NCBI GenBank assembly: GCA_963727895.1 | Contig: CAVSHT010000004.1 | Coordinates: 64,001 to 128,000 of the forward strand | Source of the DNA: an uncultured Methanosarcinaceae archaeon | Lineage (GTDB): Archaea; Halobacteriota; Methanosarcinia; Methanosarcinales; Methanosarcinaceae | Reading direction: 5' to 3' | DNA length: 64,000 nt | Part shown: positions 10,665 to 19,773 of the stretch, piece after piece | Numbering within the stretch: position 1 is the first letter of the stretch | Layout of the letters: each line of letters opens with the position of its first letter | Notes under the pieces: generated by a model | The model's database searches: none | What the model was told of the DNA's origin: nothing | What the model saw: only the letters and a program-made list of their open reading frames with translations | Position numbers and translations under genes: made by a program

Positions 10665-10770
10665 ATCAGATGTATCTCTTCAGAAGTAAAACGGTAACTG
10701 ATATCCTTTATTCGTAATGATCATTCTACTATCCCTATGTAGTATAATTATTGACCGATAACTTCATAGA
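10665..10770 (+). repeat. ~90-100-bp direct repeat flanking copB (copy 2)
   Basis: Same core as 8311-8410. Confidence 0.8.
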
Positions 10771-10841
10771 ATTACCTTTGAGTATAGTAACCTGAGTTCC
10801 GTGTTTTTAGGCACATAAACTTCTATTGATATCAAATTATG

Positions 10842-11505
10842 GGTTCCATTGCAAAAAAGTCTCAAAATAAGCATGTAAATCTATGGATAATGAAAAAATC
10901 AAAATATTCGAGAAAATGTATCAATATTATAGAACTATTCCAAATAATGTATTGACTATTGGAATTATAGTAACAGTTCTGTAAATCACAAGTGCCTATG
11001 TGTTTCTTAAAGGATTTTTGCATTTTATGATACACTAATCGAAGGGAAAATTTTAGAGGTACAAAAGGATAATGTCTCCTGATAATGTTTATAGTGATTT
11101 TTAGGATATTTCATTCCAGAGTCTTTGGAACACAATTAAACTCAAACACATAGTAGGTCTTAGCCAATAATGATTTTAAAAGACGAATAAACACGATACT
11201 ACTTGATATAAGGGAAAATATTCGGTTTTTGAAATAATTTTATAAAATGAATTATTGAGAGTTATAAGCTCAAAACAATTTTTGCAAATAATGTGAAACG
11301 TGTTATGATTTACTACATTTTGTCGTCACATGTAAAACTTGTATTCCATACAATAATTGATTGACTTTCATAGAAATGAAGCTGAATATATTAATCAATT
11401 ATTTAAAATAGTTCTATAATATTGACATATCCTCTTGAATATTTTTGCTTTTGGTTATTGTTTATGGATTTACATGCTTATTCTGAGATTTTTTGCAACG
11501 GAACT
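10842..11505. mobile_element. Non-coding element bounded by two inverted IS6 right ends
   Basis: Both arms match the ~110-130 bp at the 3' end of the IS6 element. The interior resembles the reverse complement of ~21950-22205. Confidence 0.6.
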
Positions 11506-11648
11506 AGGGAATCTACAAAAAAGACCAGAATCGGGGGGCTGATAAGGCATCCGGAGCTAAAAAGCCTTGGTGGGGATTTTGGTAATTCTTAAAAAATAAA
11601 ATGAATTTAGGAATATTTATGAAATGAGTTTAAAATAGGAAAAATATA

Positions 11649-11981
11649 TTATGTTTTGCTACGAATTCCAATTATAATACGGTTATTCCGGACTTCATCA
11701 TTTCCAGATACAACCATAACATCAAGGCCAGCAAATATAGCCTCATATTTATCTTCTTGATGAGCTGGACCAACATCTATACGATCAATTGAGATTTTAT
11801 CATCGCTAATTTTCTGCCAGTGTCCAGTCCAAATTTCAGGTTCGTCATGAACATCGCTTGGAGATGTAAAGTGCCAGATACAGTTATTCCCACAACGAGT
11901 AATTTTTCCATCCACTACTACATCATACATTTTCCATTTAGAGTTAGTTAAAGAGGGAATCGTATTCAGTTTTTCTTTCAT
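11649..11981 (-). CDS. Hypothetical protein (110 aa)
   Basis: ATG-started ORF with protein-like composition; no recognised motif. Confidence 0.55.
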   Translation of the reverse strand: MKEKLNTIPSLTNSKWKMYDVVVDGKITRCGNNCIWHFTSPSDVHDEPEIWTGHWQKISDDKISIDRIDVGPAHQEDKYEAIFAGLDVMVVSGNDEVRNNRIIIGIRSKT

Positions 11982-12048
11982 AATTGTGCATTCATTTTAT
12001 TAACTCCTATTCAGTTATACGACTAGTTCAAAACATTTTAAAAAAAAT

Positions 12049-12788
12049 GGTATTTTTAACTAAATATATCTAGTTCTTTATTTCTGTATTTCATCAATAG
12101 AATAACCGAGTACTTTAGCATTTCAAGACTCTTCGTATAACACTTTGTCTTTCTTCTCAACCTTGCCAGAAAGTGCCTCAATATGCTGTTATATCCTTCA
12201 ACAGTATACGTTTCTGCTTTGGATTGAGTATGGATCTTTTCTGAAAGAAACTCTGCATATGCCCTCCAGTGATCGGTCATCACTTCTCCAATCTCTTTTT
12301 CTTCAATTTTTCCCAGAGTAGTTTTTCAGTTTCCGTTCCTCTGCTACCAAAAGAGCAGTTGATGAACTTTTTCCCAACTCTATCAACAGCAATCCAGATC
12401 CAGCAATATTTTTTTTGTTACCGATGTAAGTGTGCATTTCATCCATTTCAACAATAGATATCTCATTTTCACTTTTTAGGTCCTCTAACTCCTGACCAAA
12501 TTTCTTGATCCATCTTTGGACAGAAACATGACTCACCCCTAAAAATTTTCCTATTGAACGAAAGCCCAATCCTTCAAGATAGAGTTGTAAAGCCTGTTTT
12601 TTGACAGAGGCGGAAAAAGCAGTTGATTTTAGCTCTACTGTATAGTTATAGCCACAATCAGAGCATTTGTACCGTTGACACCCGCCAACTATACCATTCT
12701 TATTGTGATTAGAAACTATTGCATCTGGGGCAGTTCATGAAGAAATATATGTTATAAGCATATATGTCTATTTTTTATTACCAATGCC
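12049..12788 (-). mobile_element. IS1-family element, insA frameshifted, with 8-bp target duplication
   Basis: Near-identical to the other IS1 copies, with an extra A near 12712. AAAAAAAT flanks both sides (12041-12048 and 12789-12796). Confidence 0.92.
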
Positions 12789-12938
12789 AAAAAAATATAT
12801 GCAAAAAGTAAATATGATATGAAATATTTATACTTCTTTCATTTCCTTATACTTTACAGTATCCCAAAATAATTTCGCATTTTAAAGTCATCAAGCAATA
12901 ATTTATTGACTCAGGGTTTTTGTTTTAAAGCCTATGTA

Positions 12939-13069
12939 GAGCTGGTTTCAAAATCCCGACTATTCATGTTTTTGACCACAAACAGGTATTTCATTTAGCC
13001 CTATTGCTTGTAGTTCTTCACTCCAAAATATTGATTCAGAAGGATGGGAGGTAGTTTTGAAACAAGCTT
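12939..13069. mobile_element. ~130-bp MITE with (G)AGCT(T/G)GTTTCAAAA termini
   Basis: Inverted termini. The reverse complement of its right part recurs at ~2309-2360 (CCTTCTGAATCAATATT). Confidence 0.55.
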
Positions 13070-13203
13070 GATATTAAAAATCAAGTATTCTCATTTGCTT
13101 TTATGCTTCTTTTTCTTTTCTTTCCTGATTTTCAACACAGTCTTCGTTTGTATTCAGTTAAGATACTGTTGCACCTATAGAACTTTGGGCACACTGTCAA
13201 ATT

Positions 13204-14103
13204 TTAGTTTCCATGTTTGGAGATATATTGCTCAATTGAGTTTTTTGAGCTATACCATGTTTTTCCTATTTTTACTGCATCTAGAATTCCCTGCCTAGCT
13301 CGTAAGCTGAGATATTCCTGAGAATATAGAGTCATTGGAACAAGTTCTTTGAGGGGGAGTAGTTCATCTTCACCTCCAGAAACAGAAAGATACAAGCTTA
13401 GGCTTTCATCCACGGATTTTGTGATAAAATCAGTAAAGAGATTAAGGTTTCCTGCATCTGCAGCTCTAAGACATTTGTAATATTTCCCTCGGTCCTCTTT
13501 TTTAAGCACTATAGGAGGAAAATTTCTTGAAATTAAATACAGATTTGTTAAGAGTCTAGCAACTCTACCGTTCCCGTCACTGAATGGATGAATTGCAACA
13601 AATATATGGTGTAAGAAAGAAGCAGTTTCAATAGGATGTACCTTACTTTTGGATACATCATCAATCAATTCGTCCATTAGTTTTATTATTTTTGACCAAT
13701 CTGGAGGGGCCCTTACAGCACCGGTTATTCTGACATTTTTTGTGCGATATTTCCCTGCATCTTCAAGTATACTTTTAGTTACTATTTCATGGATTTCTTG
13801 AATTGTAACATGGTTTATTGAACATTTTTTCTTTGCAAGCTCTTCTATTCGATCAAAAGCTTTTGCGTTATTGCTAGCTTCAAGATGCTCTCTAAGAGAT
13901 TTACCACCAATGGTTAGTCCTTCTTCCAGAACTAGTTTAGTCTCTTGAAGTGTTAGTGTGTTTCCTTCTATTGCATTTGAATGATAAGTATGTACTAATC
14001 TCATCTCTTCATGCAACCTTTTTAGTGTATCTGTAGGAATAGGTCGCATAGAACTAAGTCGCTTCATTTTACTATTTATTCTTTCTAAAATATCGGCATC
14101 CAT
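13204..14103 (-). CDS. Fic-domain protein (N-terminal inhibitory helix) with C-terminal HTH-like domain
   Basis: HPFSDGNGRVAR Fic motif, SNAIEGN inhibitory motif, and C-terminal YSQEYLSLRARQG.L.AVKIGKTWY segment. Confidence 0.92.
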   Translation of the reverse strand: MDADILERINSKMKRLSSMRPIPTDTLKRLHEEMRLVHTYHSNAIEGNTLTLQETKLVLEEGLTIGGKSLREHLEASNNAKAFDRIEELAKKKCSINHVTIQEIHEIVTKSILEDAGKYRTKNVRITGAVRAPPDWSKIIKLMDELIDDVSKSKVHPIETASFLHHIFVAIHPFSDGNGRVARLLTNLYLISRNFPPIVLKKEDRGKYYKCLRAADAGNLNLFTDFITKSVDESLSLYLSVSGGEDELLPLKELVPMTLYSQEYLSLRARQGILDAVKIGKTWYSSKNSIEQYISKHGN

Positions 14104-14118
14104 CCTAAACTAGTATAG

Positions 14119-14137
14119 CCGATATATTATATATCGG
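14119..14137. promoter_or_regulatory. Perfect palindrome overlapping a TATA-like element upstream of fic
   Basis: CCGATATAT-T-ATATATCGG, 16-34 bp upstream of the ATG. Confidence 0.6.
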
Positions 14138-14191
14138 TATCGGAAAATTATAAGTAAATCCGATATTAAATTTATGAAATAGACAAAAGCA

Positions 14192-14360
14192 AGTTCCGTT
14201 GCAAAAAATCTCAGAATAAGCATGTAAACTTGTGAATAAAAAAACAAAAATTAAAATATTTAAGAATAGATATTAATGTTATAAAACTATTTCCAATAAG
14301 TAATTAACATATTTAGCTTCATCAAGACTAGAGTTATTTAAATTATTAACTTGTCCTTTA
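14192..14360 (-). mobile_element. IS6 right-end remnant
   Basis: IR plus degenerate transposase 3' end. Confidence 0.8.
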
Positions 14361-14569
14361 TATCTGGAAAATTCCGGCAATTTTTAATATATTGATTTAG
14401 CTTTGGTAATCGATTTTACTTAGATCTCCTAAAGCCTAGTCAACATTTTAGACAATTTGTTGCGTTTTTCTTAAAATTTTCAGTAAAATCTCGGTTTTAA
14501 GGGCAATTATTACTTTAAAAAGCAATATTTTTATGTTATTGTTGCTTTATTATGAAATGAATTATTATC

Positions 14570-14660
14570 ATGGGATATAGCAAAAAATGGCTAACAGAAA
14601 ACGAAATTAAAAGATTGTTGGAATTACCTGACTTTAATGAGAAAACAAATCAAACTGTAC
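14570..14660 (+). pseudogene. N-terminal fragment of a probable tyrosine recombinase/integrase
   Basis: MGYSKKWLTENEIKRLLELPD resembles the (W/Y)LT..E...LL start of integrase catalytic domains; truncated. Confidence 0.4.
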
Positions 14661-14867
14661 TGTGACAGATCAGATCTAAAGCCTTTAGGACTATATTATG
14701 TTTTCAAAAAAGGGTAAACAAGTTGATAGATTTTAGGTCTCTTTATAAGTATAAAAACAGTGATATAAATGTAAATAATTTATGCGAAGACTATAATAAC
14801 TTTTTATCCCCTTATTTTCAACATAACTTTTGAGACACTGTTAAATATGTTTGATCATTTCCAAGAT

Positions 14868-15113
14868 TTATAAGAACTTTTTAATTCGTTCTGCATTATG
14901 AATTCCAAATAACACTGCACCAACGCCATGTTCTGACAAACGGATAAATCCAGGTAATAAAACACTTTTTTCCACAAGTTTAGCACTGTACAGTCTCTCA
15001 ACTACGTTTTCATCTAAATTTGATTGCCTTTCCCAGCCTCCATAGAGATTAAGTACTCCCAATTCATACAAATAAGCAAGTATTTTAATTTCCATAGCTT
15101 CTAACGTACACAT
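14868..15113 (-). CDS. Small hypothetical protein, possibly winged-helix-like
   Basis: 81-aa ORF ending in L...LVEKS....IRLSEHG, a wHTH-like pattern. Confidence 0.35.
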   Translation of the reverse strand: MCTLEAMEIKILAYLYELGVLNLYGGWERQSNLDENVVERLYSAKLVEKSVLLPGFIRLSEHGVGAVLFGIHNAERIKKFL

Positions 15114-15565
15114 TTCTATTAACTCCCCTTTTATTATCCCTATTCTATTGTCTTTAAATCCAGTTAATCCATAAGGAAAATCAGATTAGAAGCTATCAAA
15201 GAGCAAACAAAATCATACAAAAAAAGATAATAAAGTTCGATGACTTCTATCAAAATATGAACCGAAAAGAATGCATAAAACAATTATTAGAATACTTGGT
15301 TGGGTCCATTATCATAGTAGTAATAGTCAAATTAGGTTTTACAATATTTTTGAAACTCTTTAAGTAAATACAGAAACACTTAACAAACTCACAATATCAC
15401 TTATACTATAAAGTTTTTCATTTATTCTAAAAATAACCAGATTTTTTGCAACAGAACCAAGAATTCTACAGAGCCATTATATTATTTTCTATTTTATGCT
15501 AAAGAACTTCCAGATTCAAGATAAAAAACACAAAAGTTAACATTCTGAACGTAAATGTATCCAAT

Positions 15566-16075
15566 ATGCAACAATTAGAAGTAGGAAAACCATATAATGC
15601 AGGATTAAAACGAATTCCTGAAGGCTTCACTTTCTTTTTCAATCAAGGTGGTGGTTTTCTCCAGATAGTTTTTGATAGCCCTCTTGATTCGGAAATTAAA
15701 GAAATCAAAAATGGGGAAATAAAACTCGGGCTCATTGAAGAAAAAGGAATTATATTTCTTCTTTTTAAATTCGGACATTTACCCTGGATGGATACACCTT
15801 ATAATGTTGCTCTTTCTAAGCCTTATGACCTGGAAGAGCTCACAGACGAAAAGACAGGTTATGTGGTTCAAATCGTGTTAATTGACGGAATGACAAGCAT
15901 AGTGAAGGCTCTGAAGTTAATAGAACTTCCCCATGAAATGTCAAAAAGATTCAAAGAATTGATTGAAAACCAAAGAAAAGCTCCGACGACGGATTATGAA
16001 GCAGTTTTGAATCAATTATATTCAACATATGACACTATTGATTTTCTAACCGAAGCTGATACTTATACATTATAA
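15566..16075 (+). CDS. Hypothetical protein (169 aa)
   Basis: Clean ATG ORF with globular composition. Confidence 0.75.
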   Translation: MQQLEVGKPYNAGLKRIPEGFTFFFNQGGGFLQIVFDSPLDSEIKEIKNGEIKLGLIEEKGIIFLLFKFGHLPWMDTPYNVALSKPYDLEELTDEKTGYVVQIVLIDGMTSIVKALKLIELPHEMSKRFKELIENQRKAPTTDYEAVLNQLYSTYDTIDFLTEADTYTL

Positions 16076-16522
16076 TTCCTAATTTTTTTCATTTTGAGAG
16101 ATATACAAGTTTCCAATCACACTTTTTATTCCTTATCTTCTCAATGTGGTATTCTTCTGAATATAGTTTACACGCACATTTTGCGATCTTGAAAGCTTCT
16201 TTTAATTTATGTTGTAAGGCCGGTGAATAATACCTCAATTTAACCGGATTTAAATTCCCCAATTTCCAATCCTCAAGAAAAGCTTGACTAAAATCTCTTT
16301 TTTCCGTAAAAGTTTTCAAGAATTTAGCTTATTTTTTGAGGGTAGATTTCGATTGCAAAAAAAGTAACATGTTTTGAATATCTAAAAAATAAAAGAAGAG
16401 AACAATAAAAACACGGAGACTTTTTTATATTATCGAAACATTAGTTGTAAAAAAGATTAATTGGTAGGGTTCTATGTTTGCCGCATTGAACCCTAACTCC
16501 CCTGCAAATAGGAGAAATCTTA

Positions 16523-16612
16523 ATGATTGGTAGTTGTAATAGAGATAGCATTGCATATATATTTTGCGCACTGTATGATGAATACTGTTTTTATACAGGA
16601 GGCTTAAAATGA
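16523..16612 (+). CDS. Micro-ORF, 29 aa (MIGSCNRDSIAYIFCALYDEYCFYTGGLK)
   Basis: GGAGA RBS upstream; its stop overlaps the next start (ATGA). Confidence 0.4.
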   Translation: MIGSCNRDSIAYIFCALYDEYCFYTGGLK

Positions 16613-16704
16613 GCCTCGCTGATTATGTACATATAAAGTATATCCCTCTATTTTCGGATCCAGAATTTCTCGAGATCATAGGAATGGGGGTAAGATATCT
16701 ATGA
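16609..16704 (+). CDS. Micro-ORF, 31 aa (MSLADYVHIKYIPLFSDPEFLEIIGMGVRYL)
   Basis: GGAGG RBS; ATGA overlaps at both ends. Confidence 0.45.
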   Translation: MSLADYVHIKYIPLFSDPEFLEIIGMGVRYL

Positions 16705-17384
16705 TTTCCCTGTCAGATATCAGTCAAGCCTTTAAAAACGCATCTGAACCGGAAAGGATAGAATTTGTGGATTTGATTGCTCCTTATATGGATAAATTTG
16801 TAAACACCTCTTTTGACGCGAGACTAGCAACTTCAGAGATAAGACCAGTTCAGAGACTTGCAGAAATTGAAACTGTTTTAGGTATTGATGACTTTTCTTA
16901 TGATGATGAAGACCACGAACCTACTATTCCTGATCATATAACCAAACTATATGATATGGTGTCTAAAATAAACACTACATTAAAGCCTGAACTTATTGAT
17001 AGATCACTTGTAGCACCTTCTAAAAATATCACAGAAATTCGCGCTGATTTTCTCGTTGAGTATATGAAAAAAAGTACTGACCTTCCGAAAGCGGTTTCAC
17101 CTTTTGCAAATATAGATATACGAGTCCTGGACTCCAGAAATTTTAAAAAATTCGTTGAAAATTATCTACCTAAGGAGTACCAGCCTGAATCCATGAAGAA
17201 TCTGAGAAAACTAAAACGAGATGTATTCGCAGCTGCTGAAAAGAGATGCTCCACTAATGATATTTTTGTTGACAAAGCAGATCATGGCAGAAGCGAACTT
17301 AGATTAATTTTCGCAAGACAAATCCCAGATGAAGAACTGCCTACGTGGATGACAGGATTACCGGAACAGGCCGTGACTGCGTAA
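16701..17384 (+). CDS. Hypothetical protein (227 aa), probably from an integrated plasmid/virus-like element
   Basis: Long ORF with a basic C-terminal region; context includes an integrase remnant and micro-ORFs. Confidence 0.75.
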   Translation: MISLSDISQAFKNASEPERIEFVDLIAPYMDKFVNTSFDARLATSEIRPVQRLAEIETVLGIDDFSYDDEDHEPTIPDHITKLYDMVSKINTTLKPELIDRSLVAPSKNITEIRADFLVEYMKKSTDLPKAVSPFANIDIRVLDSRNFKKFVENYLPKEYQPESMKNLRKLKRDVFAAAEKRCSTNDIFVDKADHGRSELRLIFARQIPDEELPTWMTGLPEQAVTA

Positions 17385-17943
17385 CAGACAAGCCAGAAAG
17401 AAGGTTGAAAGCAAAAACAAGGATCTCATGAACTTCTGACTAATAAACGAAAAACTATTCAACTATAAAGTCAAGTACTGACTAAATATAATCTGAACAA
17501 CATATTAATATCATAAGATATATATAAATAAAATTATAAAAAGAAATCAAGAAATACTATTCTAAGCTTTTTCTCATAAAGTACGTTACGTAATCACGTT
17601 TGGTCACAGTCTCTCGTTGGATGAATCCGAGGGGTCAAATTTGCCCGCAGAGCCTAAAACTTTTGAGGCGAAGGCAAATACTTAACTATTTTTCTGAACC
17701 CGTTTAAGCGCCTAGAAAAATGCTGTAGAAAAATAGGAGGGTGCAGGAGAGGTGATAGAGAACTCCTGCAATGTTTTTAATGGTAACAAAACTTTTAGTA
17801 AGTGCATTATATTAAATGTATTCCAATATATATACAATGTTTACAATAATATTGGCTGATTTGTTGAAATATTGGTGTGTTCTTCTGGCTGGCTGCTCCC
17901 TGTGCCTTGCACGTCTATATAATCATTTAGAGATACAAAAAAG

Positions 17944-18799
17944 GGTTCCGTTGCAAAAAATTTCAGAATCAGCACGTAAATCTACAGACAATGAACAAAA
18001 ATTAAAATATTCAAAAAAATGTGTCAATATTATAGAACTATTCCAAATAATTGATTAATATATTTAGCTTCATTAAGACCAGAGTAATTTAGATTCTTGA
18101 CTTGTCCTTTTTTAATCATATTCATCGCTTCAATTCCTTTTAAAGTTTTAGTGGCTGTATGAAAAGACTGAAATCCTAACATTGGATTAACTATTCGTTT
18201 AATGGATCTATGATCTTGTTCTATAATGTTATTCAAATACTTGATTTGTCGAATGCCTACGTTTATAGGTAGTATTTTATCATTTTTCAGTTTATTTATA
18301 GCAGGTGGATAAGCTGGATTTTTATCAACTGTGATTACTCTTGGAATTTGACTATGATTAGAATTCAAAGCTTTCTTAAAGAAACGTTTTGCTGCTTTTT
18401 GGTCTCGTTTTGCACTTAACATGAAATCAATTGTATCTCCATTTGAGTCAACTGCTCGGTAAAAATATTTCCATTTACCTCTCACTTTTATATAGGTTTC
18501 ATCAACTCTCCAAGAGTTATTAGTTGGTGTTAAATATCTACGTACCTTCTTTTCGATTTCAGGTGAATATTGATGTATCCATCTCATAATGGTTGTATGG
18601 TTGACTATTATCCCTCTTTCTGCCATCATTTCCTTTAAATTTCGATAACTTAATGGATATTTTAAGTACCATCTAACATTCAATAAAATAATTTCACCCA
18701 CAAAATGCTTCCATTTAAAGGGATTAGATAGCATGTCATTATCCTTTACTTCCCTTTTATTTGATTATATCCTTAACAGATATTTTTTGCAACGGAACC
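17944..18799 (-). mobile_element. Complete IS6-family insertion sequence (~856 bp)
   Basis: Perfect terminal IRs GGTTCCGTTGCAAAAAA enclosing an intact transposase; no target duplication. Confidence 0.95.
18030..18734 (-). CDS. IS6-family DDE transposase (intact)
   Basis: WRVDETY, YRAVDS, ITVDKNPAY, NNIIEQDHR; 234 aa. Confidence 0.95.
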   Translation of the reverse strand: MLSNPFKWKHFVGEIILLNVRWYLKYPLSYRNLKEMMAERGIIVNHTTIMRWIHQYSPEIEKKVRRYLTPTNNSWRVDETYIKVRGKWKYFYRAVDSNGDTIDFMLSAKRDQKAAKRFFKKALNSNHSQIPRVITVDKNPAYPPAINKLKNDKILPINVGIRQIKYLNNIIEQDHRSIKRIVNPMLGFQSFHTATKTLKGIEAMNMIKKGQVKNLNYSGLNEAKYINQLFGIVL

Positions 18800-19713
18800 C
18801 TTTGACTTTTGTTTATCATACATATATTACGTGCTTATTCTGATTTTTTTGCAACGGAACCATAAAAATGTGAAAGTTGGGTTTAAAATGGAAAACCATT
18901 AACAGTGGTAATAATATCAACCAAGTACCAAATGAAAAGCAAATGTTCACCTCAGTTCACTGATACTATATTGTATGTTCATGTTAAAAAAGTTATCCTG
19001 TTATCCAGGCAATAAATAAAACAATGTCACGGTAAAAAAGAAAACCTTTCTTTTGATTGGTTGCACTTTTTGCAGTAAATAAGTCTGCTGTGTGTGTTTA
19101 GTTGTGGATATATTCGCACTAAAAAAAGAGAGTAAGAAAATAATTAATATAATTAAACAATTTCTAGAAGCAACAGTTACTGAGTAACGAGCAGTAATGC
19201 CTGGTGTTTACGGTCTAGGGAAGAGGTGAGACAGAAAACTTAATACCTATCTTCCCATATTTTGTAAGTTCATTCACCCTTTGCACAACCAAGTGACCTC
19301 TAACTCTGTAAAATTTTAAATGTCTTAAAAGTATATAAGAGTTATTAAAGAGATATCCTGATACAAACCTTTTAATGTTCTATTCGTATTTAGTGAAGAA
19401 TATTCTAAATTTCTATAGAAAAATAAGTTATTTTCCCTTAAAATGCGAACTTTGTACCTTAAAAAAGTTCGTAAAATCAAAACATCATTTGATGTTTTGA
19501 AACAGGCTTTAACCCTACTATTTACATGTTTATTCTGAAATTTTTGCAACGGAACCCTAAATATTACAGTCATCGGCAGTAACCCGGAAAAGTCCAGGTT
19601 TTCTAAAATATCAGGTAAATTCACTTCCATGTAATTTTGATATTTTTTTGAGAATATAATAAATGATAACGCAACGATTAGCAACAAGAAGGATATTTTT
19701 TTATTTCATTCGA

Positions 19714-19739
19714 ATACCTCGCAGCAAGCTGCGGGGTGT
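19714..19739. repeat. GC-rich hairpin (REP-like or terminator) downstream of the flippase
   Basis: ATACCTCGCAGC-AA-GCTGCGGGGTGT. Confidence 0.5.
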
Positions 19740-19773
19740 GCCAGTGCAACTTTGATTGTTTTGAATCAGCTCA

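Noticed and set aside
17816..19687. ORFs 17816-18058 and 19325-19687 (and similar ones at 898, 46968, 47276)
   Set aside because: They read through IS6 inverted repeats (VPLQK signature) and are not real genes.
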